Both the position numbers and the translations under genes were made by a program. This document shows positions 18,810-29,697 of a stretch of DNA of 64,000 nt, piece after piece (position 1 is the stretch's first letter; each line of letters opens with the position of its first letter). Where the stretch lies: contig CAWBWI010000001.1 of the NCBI GenBank assembly GCA_963792585.1, positions 1,568,001-1,632,000 of the forward strand. The letters are read 5' to 3'. This DNA is from Candidatus Eiseniibacteriota bacterium. Lineage in GTDB: Bacteria > Eisenbacteria > RBG-16-71-46 > CAIMUX01 > VGJL01. Below the pieces are notes generated by a model. That model ran no database searches, was not told the origin of the DNA, and saw only the letters and a list, made by a program, of their open reading frames with translations.

Positions 18810-21006
18810 CTATCGGCGCGCGCCGCCCCCACGCCGCGACGCGAGCGCTTCCAGCGCCTGGAGGTTCTGGATCGCCATCGGATCGCCCGGCCGCAGAGCA
18901 AGCGCGCGTTCGATGTGCCGCCGCCCCTCGTCGATGCGCCCGGATTCCGCCAGCACGACCCCGAGCTGGACATGGACCATCGCATCTCCCGGACTCAGCG
19001 AAGCCGCCTTCTCGAGCAGGCTCAGGGCCGCATCGGGATGGCCGTCGCTCCGTTCCAGCATGGCCAACTGGGAGATCGCTTCGACATCTTCCGGGGCGCG
19101 CGCGAGGACCGTGGCGAACTCGCGTCGGGCAGCACCGATGGAATCGGCCCGCGCCAGCGTCCCTGCGAGGAATCGGCGAAGCGGCACGGACTCGGGATCG
19201 AGCCGAAGCGCCCGGCGCGCATGGACCGTCGCCTCTCCGCTGCGGCCGACCCGATCGAGGATCTGTCCGGCGAGGAGCGAGGGAGCGATCTCCTCCGGGG
19301 CGATCCTGTGCATCGCGTCCAGCGCGGCAAGCGCCGACGTGATCTCCCCACTTCCCGCCCGCGCCGTGAACGCACCGATGAAATCCTCGTGCCGGGCGCT
19401 CGGATCGAAGGGAATCGCGTACCGGCGCAGGATCCCCTCGTTCGCAGGCCCGCGACGCGCATAGACAAGCGTGTAATCGCCCGCCAGCACACAAGTCCAA
19501 TCGGGATCGTTGCGCAGGCGCGCGCGTAGACCCCGGTCTCGCTCCGGATACGGCACGTGGTTGACCACGGCAATGGTGATGCCATACCGATCGACGACGT
19601 CATCCCATCCCTCGCCCGTCTCGAGCATCCGGCTGTATGCCTTCAGGAAGCCGGGAGGAAAGACGTCGAGCCTGCCCGTCGATGTAGACCTTCACCTGCG
19701 GCCCGAGTTCGTTGATCAAGTAGCCGCCGTACGAAAGCAGGTTGAAGATGTTCCCGGTGGGTCGTTCCTCGCGGAGGAAGCGCGCCGCGGCCACCGGACG
19801 GCTCCCGGGCTCCATCGTGAGGCCGATCTTCTGGACGGATCCTCCACCCATGGGCATGCCGCGCACGAGCGCCACGGCGCCGCCGGCAACCGCCAAGAGG
19901 ATCACCCCAACGCAGGCGACCGCCCCCAACCGACGCCTCCGGCCCAATCCCGTCGCATGCGCCGCGAGCGTCGCCGGCAGTACGACGGAGAACTCGGAAA
20001 GCCCCCGCACCGAGGCGACGGCGAGCAGCGCGAAGAAGGAAGCCGGAAGGAGAAGAGCCCAGCTTGGTCGCTTTCGCGAGTCGTAGATCAGGAGAAGACC
20101 GACGATCGCCGCGGCAATCAGCCCCTTCAGGAAGAAGGCGCCTCGGTAGGCGGGATGCAGAAGGCTGCGAAGTTCGACGATTCCGCCGCGAACTTCTTCG
20201 CTTGCAACAAGGTGGAACGGATAGAGGTGCGCGCGAAGCACGTGAGGATTGATGAGACTCGCCGCCAGGCAGAGACCGAGCGCCAGTGCGCGGTCCCTCC
20301 ACGCGGGCGCAACCGCGGGTTTCTCCCCGCCGATCTTTCCCGAGATCGCCTCCCCTGCCCAGTAGAGGACCAAGAGCGCGAACCCGAGGACGAATCCGGA
20401 ATGGATGTTCGCCCAGACGAGGAAGAGGGGCGCGAGGAGGAAGCGCCAGATCCGCTTGCCCGAATCGGATTCGAGGCGGAGCAGGAGGAGGAGCGCTCCG
20501 AGGAAGAGCGCCGTCAGCATGTGCGGACGCACGAAGGCGCGCGGGGCGATCAGGGGAGCCGCGAGGAGCGCACCGATCGCCGCCCCCGCAACGCGCTCGC
20601 GGGCGCTGCGTCCGACCGTGCCGGCCCATGCGCTCAGCCCCACGGCAAGCCCTGCGAGGAGGGCCTTGAGGATGACGAGCAGGCGGATACCGCCCATGCG
20701 ATCCAGCAGGACGAACAGGACTTCGCTCAACCACTCATGAGTGACCCACTGTCGGCCGAGGGCGGTGTATGTGAACGGATCGGCCTTTGGAATGCCCGCG
20801 CCGGAGAGAATCCGCTTGCCGGTGGCCAGATGCCACCAGATATCGTTGTCCAGCTCCGGCGTGAAGGAGAGGAGACCGGCGAGGGTTACCGCAGCGATCA
20901 GCGCCGCGATCCCCAACGGCGGAACCACACGGATTCCATGCGTGCGATACGACCGGGACGGCGCTCCGTTCTCCGCCTTCTCGCCCGACGCGTCACGCTT
21001 GCGCAT
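18810..21006 (-). CDS. Polytopic membrane protein (DxDIWWHL..G, GT-C-like) with C-terminal TPR repeats; apparent frameshift near 19676
   Basis: DNDIWWHLATG, DPFTYT, WVTHEWL, RPHML, WANIHSGF. Removing one G restores VYIDGRLDVF and joins the TPR-rich ORF 18810..19628. Confidence 0.72.
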
Positions 21007-21236
21007 GATCGACTCCTCCCCACATCCCGGCGTGTCGCACGGGGCGATTCGAGCATAGCCCACACTGTCATCGGGGTCGAGGCGCCCGACTCCGCACTCG
21101 GGCGCGGCGCCTGTTTTGACATCCCACCGTGCGGTGACTAGAGTTCGCGAGGTTCCTCGCCGCGAGGAGCCGATTCCGTCGCGACGGACTCGCTCCCGAT
21201 CACCGGGACGCCTGCGACCGGGCACGTCCGGATGGG

Positions 21237-22332
21237 GTGACGCCGACGATGATGAACGTACGGGCCAAGGGCCCTATCGCAATCGTTCTGGGGAGCATCC
21301 TCATCTGTGCCGGATCCCTCCTGGCCCTCGAAGGAGCGGGACGGCTTCTGATGCACGCCAAGTACGGTGTGCCCGGAAAGCGGTATGGGCGCTGGCGCTC
21401 CGACCCGGTCCTGGGCGCGCGGATGGCCGAGAACGTCTACGACCACCGCTGGAGCACCAACGACCGGGGGTTCCGCAACGACGAGGACCTGATCGATCCC
21501 AAGCCGTCGGGCGCCATGCGGGTCGTCTGCTACGGCGGGTCGACGACGTTGTGCTGGAATCTCCCCACCCGTGAGACGTGGCCCGCGCGGCTCGAAGAGC
21601 GCATCCGCGACGCGTCCGGGAATCGCTCGCATCAGGTCCTGAACGCGGGCGACATCCTCTGGTCGATCGGCCCGATCCTCGCGCGCGCGCGGACGGAGCT
21701 TCCAGCGCTGAAGCCCGACTACGTGGTTCTCTATACCGGCGTCAACGAGGAAGCCAATGCAGCGCTTCTCGCCGCGTCCGGCATGAAGATGGAGACGCTG
21801 GTGAAGGCCGGGCGCTTTGGCGTCTTCTCGAAGAATCTGCCGCAGAACTCATGGCTCGCCCGGAACAGCCTCCTCTACAAGGTCGCGAACAAATGGGTGA
21901 TCGTCCCACTGGTCCGTAGGTGGAAACACTGGAGCCACGACCGCTGGTCCGAGCTGCTCCTGACGGAGAGCGGCCCTGAGCACCCTCCGGTTCCGCCCGA
22001 TCCCTATGCAATGGAGAACTACCTCCACGTGCTCCGGGACCTGATCACCCTGTGCCGGGACAATGGCGCGACCCCCGATCTTCGTGATCGAAGCCAGGGG
22101 TCTCGCGACGGTCGGGCTGGAGACGTTCACAACCTATTCGCGCGCGGGAGGGCTGCTCGCGCAGGAATTGGGGGTGGAGGTCGTCGACGCGCAGGCGATG
22201 GTGGAAGCATACCCCGGCGAACGGATGGACCTCTTCTACGCCTCGGGAATCCACTTCTCGGCGCAAGGGGCCGCCCTCCTCGCCGATCGGATCTTCGAGC
22301 AGATCTATCTGCCGGTGATCCAAGATCCCTGA
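21237..22332 (+). CDS. SGNH/GDSL hydrolase-like membrane-anchored protein; apparent frameshift in C-run 22072-22076
   Basis: N-terminal TM, TNDRGFR, CYGGSTT, VLNAG, YTGVNE. Removing one C continues into ...GIHFSAQGA. Start position uncertain (21237-21252). Confidence 0.75.
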
Positions 22333-22412
22333 GCCAGGAATGCCCCACAGGAATGGAGCGGCCGCCCGGGATCGCTCCCGGGCGGCCGGTGGATCATCCG
22401 GGCGTCGCTCGA

Positions 22413-23551
22413 CTACTCGAGCACGTGGATGTTCTTCTTCGCGCAGATCTCCTTGAGCTCCTTCGGCCACACGGTGACGCTGACCTCGCCGAGGTGCGCC
22501 TTGCGCAGCAGCAGCATCGTCGGTCCGCGACTGGCCGATGCCGCCGCCGATCGAGAGCGGGATCTGGTCGTTCAGGATCGCCTGGTGGTACGGCAGCTTC
22601 AGGAAGTCGATCTGCCCGATGATCTCGAGCTGCTGCTTCAGCGTCTCCTTCGTGACGCGGATCCCCATCGAGGTCAGCTCGTGGCGGCGCTTCGTGACCG
22701 GGTTCCAGACCAGGATGTCGCCGTTCAGTCCGTGCATCGTGCTTGCCCGTGTCCGACTGCGCGGTCGGCGTGACCCAGTCGTCGTAGTCGGCGGCGCGCA
22801 TCTCGTGCGGGTAGCCGTCCTTCAGCACCCAGCCGATCCCGATGATGAAGATCGCCGGGTACTTCTCGGAGACGATCTTCGTCTCGCGCTGCTTGCGCGG
22901 CAGGTCCGGGTACATCTCGAGGATCTCCTCGGCGTGCAGGAACGTCAGCTCGTCGGGAAGCTCGGGATAGCGCGGGTCCTTGAGCTTCGGGAACTCCTTC
23001 AGGACCATCGTCTCGGCGCCCTTGATCACCTTCCAGATCTTCCGGACGGTGTCCTTCAGGGAGTCGAGGTTGCGCATGTCGGCGGTGATCACCTTCTCCC
23101 AGTCCCACTGGTCGACGTACGAGCTGTGGTCGTGGTCGAGGAAGTAGTCCTTGCGGACCGCGCGCATGTCGGTGTTGATGCCCTCGCCGACGTCGCAGTC
23201 GAACTGCTTGAGCGCCATCCGCTTCCACTTGGTCGCCGCCTGCACGACCTGCGCCTCGATGCGCTTGTCGAGGCCGAGCCCGCACGGGAAGTCGATCGGC
23301 GTGCGCGAGCCGTCGCGGTCGAGGTAGTCGTTGACGCCGCTGTCCTTCGTCACGATCAGCGGCACCTCGACGGGGAAGAGGTTCAGCTCCTTGTTGAGAC
23401 CCTGTCCTCGATGTAGCGCTTGACTGCGTAGGTCGCCTTCGCGGTCTCCTTCGTGTCGAGCAGCGACCGGTAGTCGCGTGGGGAGGATCTTCTCGACCTC
23501 CTGGTAGGTGCTGATGCCCGGACCGGCGAGGTCGGCCTTCTTGTCCGCCAT
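22413..23551 (-). CDS. asnA: Aspartate-ammonia ligase (asparagine synthetase A), split by several indels
   Basis: [65 protein letters not shown], ending [19 protein letters not shown]. Confidence 0.93.
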
Positions 23552-23738
23552 GATTCCTCCTCCCAATGAGCCCATCCATGGAGTCCGTCGACAGCGCGAC
23601 TCCGGTCCAACACTCACGGCGATTGGGGGTTCCGATCGAACAACGAGGTAAGACGGATCCAGCCCCAAACCGCAGCCACCACCACGTCCCGGTCCGGTGG
23701 GCCTTCCACGGGCCCCGGACCGCCCTTGGGCCGAGTGA

Positions 23739-23767
23739 AAGGTACCCCGGGCGGCCGGGGAATTCAA
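23739..23767 (-). promoter_or_regulatory. Putative sigma70 promoter of asnA
   Basis: TTGAAT-17 nt-TACCTT on the minus strand, ~185 nt upstream of the ATG. Confidence 0.45.
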
Positions 23768-23821
23768 CACCGGCCTGCCCCCTGCGCCCCGCCCCCGGCT
23801 CCCCCGATCGCTCGGCAGCCG

Positions 23822-23830
23822 TGCTATCCT
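23822..23830 (+). promoter_or_regulatory. Extended -10 element; probable leaderless start of the asparaginase gene
   Basis: TGcTATCCT located 6 nt before ATG 23837; no Shine-Dalgarno sequence. Confidence 0.45.
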
Positions 23831-23836
23831 CCGGCC

Positions 23837-24361
23837 ATGGAAAGCCACAGGCACATCGCGATTCTCTCGACCGGCGGCACGATCGAGAAGACCTACAACG
23901 AGTCGGACGGGACGCTGGCCAACCAGCGCAGTGTCCTGGAAATCATGCTCGCCTCCCTGATCCTCCATGGGGTCAAGGTCAGCCGGGTACCGGTGATGAA
24001 CGTCGACTCTGTCGATATGACTGATGCCGACCACGAACGGATCGTCAAGGTGGCCGGGGCCTATGCGGAGTCGCACGACGGTCTGCTCATCACCCATGGA
24101 ACCGACCGCCTGTCGATTACGGGCGAACTGCTCGTCCAGCGGCTCGGGGAAAATCCGCCGATTCCGATCGTCTTGACCGGGGCGATGCGCCCCTACGAGC
24201 TCAGGAATACCGATGCGGTCCAGAATCTGACCGAGGCGCTCCTGGCGGTTCAGATCCTACCCCCCGGGATCTATGCGGTTCTCCATAACGTCGCCCTGAG
24301 GTTCCCGGGGGTCGTGAAGGACCACAAGCGGATGACCTTCCGGCGGGTCACGGGCAGCTAG
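23837..24361 (+). CDS. Short-chain L-asparaginase-family protein (N-terminal catalytic domain only)
   Basis: STGGTIEK, VDSVDMT, ITHGTD, VLTGAMRP, DAVQN; 174 aa. Confidence 0.88.
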   Translation: MESHRHIAILSTGGTIEKTYNESDGTLANQRSVLEIMLASLILHGVKVSRVPVMNVDSVDMTDADHERIVKVAGAYAESHDGLLITHGTDRLSITGELLVQRLGENPPIPIVLTGAMRPYELRNTDAVQNLTEALLAVQILPPGIYAVLHNVALRFPGVVKDHKRMTFRRVTGS

Positions 24362-24380
24362 GCGGTTCGCAGCCTCCAGA

Positions 24381-24457
24381 CGGGGAAATTGCGCGGGAAA
24401 GCTCGGGAAAACCCGGGAAAACTACCTGTTGCATCACCCCCCTCCCGAGTGTAAGAT
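24381..24457 (+). promoter_or_regulatory. Sigma70-like promoter with upstream phased CGGGAAA direct repeats
   Basis: TTGCAT (24429)-17 nt-TAAGAT (24452). CGGGAAA at 24394, 24404 and 24414, plus CGGGGAAA at 24381. Confidence 0.55.
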
Positions 24458-24521
24458 GATTTACGCCCTCGCATTGGGGGCTTCCGGCGTGACCGTGCAC
24501 GAACTCGGGAGGATTCAACTT

Positions 24522-25085
24522 ATGAAGAAACTGGTAATGCTGTCTGTCTTGCTTCTGATCTCGACAAGCGCTCTGGCAGTCGAGTACACAGAGACGTGGG
24601 ATGATCCGCTTGGTGACTGGCGCACTCGTTGGGTCGCCCTGAACACCAACATGCAGAACTACTATGTCTGCACCGGTGGTGGGGACGAGAACCAGCGCGG
24701 CAACAATCCCTGCGGTATTTGGATCTGTGACGGCGCGCCCGACACGCAGTCCATCATCAACTTCGATCCGACATTCGGTGCGAGCATCACGGTTTTCGAG
24801 ATTGGTATCCAAGCTTTCACCGATGCGACGCTCAACGTCTATGACCCGTCGAACAACCTGATCGGCTCCGATGTCCTGGTCATGGACTTCAGCAGCCCTT
24901 ACGGTTGCTACTGCACACTCCACACGTTCAACACCCCCAACGGTGTTGGTCGCTTCGAGATCGTGCCGAACGCCGGAGGCCAGGTCGAAGGGAACATGGC
25001 GGTCGACAACATGCGGGTCGTGGCCGGAGAGCCGGTTGCGACCACGCAGACAACCTGGGGAGTCGTCAAGGCCCTCTATCGGTAG
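24522..25085 (+). CDS. Secreted protein with C-terminal TTWGxxKxxY motif
   Basis: GGAGG RBS; signal peptide MKKLVMLSVLLLISTSALA; ends PVATTQTTWGVVKALYR. Confidence 0.85.
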   Translation: MKKLVMLSVLLLISTSALAVEYTETWDDPLGDWRTRWVALNTNMQNYYVCTGGGDENQRGNNPCGIWICDGAPDTQSIINFDPTFGASITVFEIGIQAFTDATLNVYDPSNNLIGSDVLVMDFSSPYGCYCTLHTFNTPNGVGRFEIVPNAGGQVEGNMAVDNMRVVAGEPVATTQTTWGVVKALYR

Positions 25086-25116
25086 CCTGCATCGCAAAGC
25101 GATCGAGCAAGTTGAG

Positions 25117-25153
25117 AAGGGGTTGGGTCCGATACCCAACCCCTTTCTCTTTC
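25117..25153 (+). terminator. Rho-independent terminator
   Basis: 12-bp stem AAGGGGTTGGGT / ACCCAACCCCTT followed by TCTCTTTC, between convergent genes. Confidence 0.75.
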
Positions 25154-25196
25154 GTCCGCGGAGCCTACCGGGAGCCGAAACCGGACCCGGTCCCGT

Positions 25197-28100
25197 CTAG
25201 CTCGTGGCTGTTCCCGACGTTCTGCGGGTCTCCAGCCAGTAGTAGACCACCGGCAGGACGATCAGCGTCAGCAGGGTCGAGGTCACCAGCCCGCCCATCA
25301 CCACGACGGCCAGCGGCTTCTGGATGTCCGCGCCCGATCCGGTCGCGTAGAGCATCGGGAGATGCCCGATGAAGCTCACGAGCGCGGTCATGAAGAGGGG
25401 CTTGAAGCGAAGGCGGCACCCCTCGATCACGGTCTCCCGAGCGCCTCGCACCCTCGCTCCTTGAGCTGCCGGAAGAACGCAAGGAGCACGACGCCGTTCT
25501 GCACGGCGATCCCGAGCAGCACGATGAAGGCCACGGCCGCCGATACGGAGAGATGCATGCGGAATGCGACCGCCGCGATCAGCCCCCCGACGAGCGCGAA
25601 GGGGAGGTTGAGGATGACGAGGGCCGAGTTGCGGACCGAACCCAGGGCCGAGTAGAGAAGCAGCGCGATGAGCAGCAGCACGATCGGGACCACGATCGCG
25701 AGCTGCCGCATCGCCCGCTGCTGGTTCTCGAACTGCCCCCCGTAGCGCACGAAGTAGCCGGGCGGAAGGGACGCCTGCGATCTCCTGCATGCTCCCCTGC
25801 ACCTCGGAGACGAATCCACCCAGGTCGCGCCCGCGGACGTTCGCCTCCACGACCACACGGCGCATCCCGTTCTCGCGGCTCACCTGCGCTGGTCCGTCTC
25901 GCTGGACGATCCGGCTGATCTGAGCCAGCGGAACCCGTTCGCCGCCCGGGTGCGGATACCAGGAGTCCTTGAAGGGCCACCACCTCGTGCCGGGCCCCCT
26001 CCTCGAAACGGACGGTGATCGGGAAGCGCTGCTGCCCCTCGATGAAGGTGCTGACCGCCCGCCCGGCGACTCCGGTCTCGAGCAGCTCGTTGACCTCGGA
26101 GGTGTTCAGGCCGTAGCGCGCCATGGCCGCTCGGTCCAGCTCCACCGTCTCCTGCGTCATTCCCGAGATCTGCTCCACCTTGACGTCGCGGGCCCCGGGC
26201 ACGTCGTTCAGAACGGCCGCCGCAGCGTCCGCGTACTCCTTCAGCAGATCCAGGTCGGGACCGAAGATCTTGACCGCGAGGTCGCTCTTGACCCCCGAGA
26301 TCAGCTCGTTGACGCGAAGGGCGATCGGCTGCGAGAAGGACAGGCGCAGATCCCGGGATCGCCGAGAGCTCGCCGTTGATCGCCTCGATCAGTTCCTGCT
26401 TGTCGCGGCCGGTCTTCCAGTGCTTCCGGGGCTTCAGCATGATGAAGACGTCGCTCTGTTCGGGTCCCATCGGATCCTCGGAAATCTCCGCCCGCCCGGT
26501 CTTGGTGACCACGGTCGCGACTTCCGGGAAGCGCATGACCCGTTTCTCGATCTCTTGCGCGATCACGACGGAACCGTCGAGGGAGGCGTTCGGCAATCGC
26601 ACGACGTTGATCGCGATCGCCCCCTCGTCGAGGGTCGGGAATGAACTCCATCCCGAGAAACGGCAGGAATCCCACGGACAGCAGGAGCACGAGGAGCGCG
26701 ACCCCCATCGTCCGTTTCGGGCGCCGCATCGCCCGCTCCGAGGAAGCGAAGGTAGCCGTGGTGGAAGCGCCGGACGAATCCGAACTCCCGCTCCCGGCTG
26801 GTTCGCAGGACCCACTCGGAGAGCGGGGGTATGATCGTCATCGCCACCACGAGCGATGTGAGCAGGGCGAGCAGCAGCGTCATCGCCAGGGGCCAGAACA
26901 TCTTCCCCTCGACCCCCTGAAGCGTGAAGAGCGGCACGAGGACGAGAGCGATGATCAGCACCGAGAACGCGACCGGCCGCGCCACCTCCGCGAGGGCCGA
27001 CAGGACGATCGCCCTCCTCTTCTCCGTCGATGCCGCGCTCGGCCAGGTGCCGGCGGATGTTCTCCACGATCACGATCGAAGCATCTACGACCATCCCCAC
27101 GGAGAAGGCGAGGCCTCCGAGGCTCATCAGGTTCGCGGAGATGTTCATGGGACGCATGAGCAGGAAGGTGAAGAGGAAGGTGATCGGGAGCGATAGCACC
27201 ACGATGAGGGCCGTCCGCAGCTCGGCGAGGAAGAGGAAGAGAACGAGAATGACAAGCACGGCTCCCATGAGGAGGGCGTCCATGACCGTCTTGATGCAGG
27301 CTTCGATCAACTCGGTGCGGTCGTAGAAGACGTCGATGCGCGTCCCCTTGGGCAGCCCGCCCTGGATGCGATGGACCGCCTCCTTGACCCGTTCCACGAC
27401 GGTCTTGGAGTTTTCCCCGCGCAGCATGATCGCCATGCCGGCGACCGTCTCTCCCTTTCCGTCGCGCGACACGGCCCCTTGGCGGGTCACGGCGCCGATC
27501 CCCACCTCGGCCACGTCCCGCAGGAAGACCGGCGTGCCGTCGCTCGCCTTCAGCACGACCGTTTCGATGTCCTCCATGGACTGAAGATGCCGCGGCCGAC
27601 GACGTAGAACTGCTCCCACCCCTTCACGATGTAGCCCGCGCCGGCGTTGGCGTTGTTCGCCTCCACCGCCTCGATCACGTCGCGCAGGGAGAGGCCGTAC
27701 TTGACGAGCCTCTCCGGGTGGACGCGGATCTCGTACTGCTTGGCGAATCCGCCGAAGCTGTTCACTTCCGTCACCCCGGGAACGCTGCGAAGCTGGGGTG
27801 CGATGAGCCAGTCCTGAATGCGTCCTACGTTCCATCGCCGAGAGGCTGTCGCCCTCGATCGTGTACTGAAAGATCTCCCCGAGACCCGTGCTCAAGGGGG
27901 CCATCTCCGGCTCGATCCCTTCGGGGAGCGCGTCTCGGGCCTCCTGGAGCCGCTCGAAGACGACCTGGCGCGCGAAGTAGGGATCGACCGAATCCTCGAA
28001 GACGATGATGACCTGCGAGAGCCCCGCGCGAGAGAGGGAGCGGACGAGCCGGACTCGAGGCAGCCCTCCCATCTGCTGTTCGATCGGATAGGTGATCCGC

Positions 28101-28286
28101 TGTTCGCATTCTTCGGTGGAGAGCCCCGGCGCCTTGCTCAGGACCATCACCTGGATATTCGTCACATCCGGGAACGCGTCGATCGGAAGCCGCGTCCAGG
28201 CCACCGACGCCGAGCACGGCGAGGAGGAGCCCGGCGCCAAGAACCGACCACCTGCGCCGCAGGAGAGCGCTGAAGAATCTGACCAT
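25197..28286 (-). CDS. CzcA/CusA-family heavy-metal efflux RND transporter, split by many indels
   Basis: LPIDAFPDVTNIQV, APLSTGLGEIFQY, YDRTELI, ANLMSLGGL, GMVVDASIVIVEN, GGQFENQQRA, GADIQKPLAVVVMGGL, spread across frames. Confidence 0.9.
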
Positions 28287-28309
28287 TCGTTAGCTCCTCA
28301 TCCGGCGGT

Positions 28310-29697
28310 TCAGTCCGCGCATCCTGCACCCATCTTCGAGCGCAGCACGTCCGACTTCAGCGCGAAGGCGCCCCTGCTCACGACGACGTCCCCGTCGGCC
28401 AGCCCCTGGGTCACCTCCACCCACTCGTCCCAGGCACGGCCGGTCAGCACCGGGCGCCGAACGAAGTACGGGGGCTCGGCCGGAACGAAGACGAAGGCGC
28501 GACCCTCGTCCTCGAGGACCGCCTCCGCCGGCACCGTCAGCGCCTGCTCGGACCCGTTCTCGTGAAGATGCACGCGGGCGAACATACCGGACCGCAGGAG
28601 CCCTTCCGGATTCTCCACGACGACCCGCACCCGGGTCGTACGGGTCGCTTCGTCCACGATCCCGCTCACCCGCTCGACGCGCCCGGAGAAGATCCCGCCC
28701 GGGATAGGCAGGCACCTCGACATGCGCGAGAACCGTCCCGTTCGCCTGTTCCCGCAGAAGTCCGGCCAACTCCCGCTCGTACAGACTCGTCCAGACCCAC
28801 ATTTCGGAGGTGTCCCCGAGAAGGAGAAGCTGCTGCCCCGGCTCGACGAGCGCGCCCATGCTGAGGTTCCGCTCGAGGACCGTCCCGTCGAAGGGCGCCT
28901 CTCACGGGGAGGGCGCCCGCCATGGCGCCATCGGTGGTCAGATCCATGATCTCCCGCGCCGTCAGGCCGCAGGCGAGGAGTCGTTCCCGCGGCTGCCTGG
29001 CTCGTCGCCGCGGCTCCGTCTCTGGCCGCCTCGGCCTCCAGCAGGTCCTTGCGCGGGCAGATCTTCTTTTCGTAGAGATCGCGCTCCCGCTCCGCGTACC
29101 CTCCGCGAGCTTCAGTGAAGCGCGCGCGATCAGGTAGGCGGATCTCGCTTCGCCGAACTCGGGGCTATCCACCGTGAAGAGGACCTGGCCACGGCGGACG
29201 TGCGCACCCAGGTCGACGAGGATCGAGCGCACCGTTCCCGTCATCCGGGGACTCAGGTACGCGGCGCGCTCTTCGTTCAGGCGGACCTCGCCGTTGTGCG
29301 CTACCGACTCTTCCGTCGTCCTGCGGACGGCGCGAGCCGTCTGCAACGGTCCGTCCTCATCCAGAAGATCGGGCGCTACCTTGACGATCCCGACTTCGTA
29401 GCGGCACTCGTCGCACTGGTAGGTAAAGGTCCCGTGCTCGCAACGATCCCCCAGCAGATCATCGATCGGTCGGTCGAGGTCGGAGACCCCTTCTTCCTCA
29501 CCCTCGACGTGGCCCTCTCCCTCCGCTCCGTGTTCGTGATCCGCGGCGTGTGGGATTTCATTCGAGGCAGTGGCCGCGGCGGCGCCGGCGACCTCGCCCC
29601 GATCCTTGATGCAGCCGGCCCCCATGATGGAGCCGACGGTGAGGACGAGAATGATCGTCATCAGCATCCTGATGGAGGAACTCTGGATGGTGTTCAT
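28310..29697 (-). CDS. CzcB/CusB-type RND periplasmic adaptor with His/Cys-rich N-terminus, frameshifted
   Basis: GAHVRRGQVLFTVDSPE, VDEATRTTRVRV, LRSGMFA, GLADGDVVVSRGAFALKS, ending MGAGCAD. Confidence 0.88.

Noticed and set aside
23620..23670. Glutamine (glnA-type) riboswitch-like words near asnA
   Set aside because: The order and orientation of the elements do not fit the consensus. Kept only as a generic structured leader.
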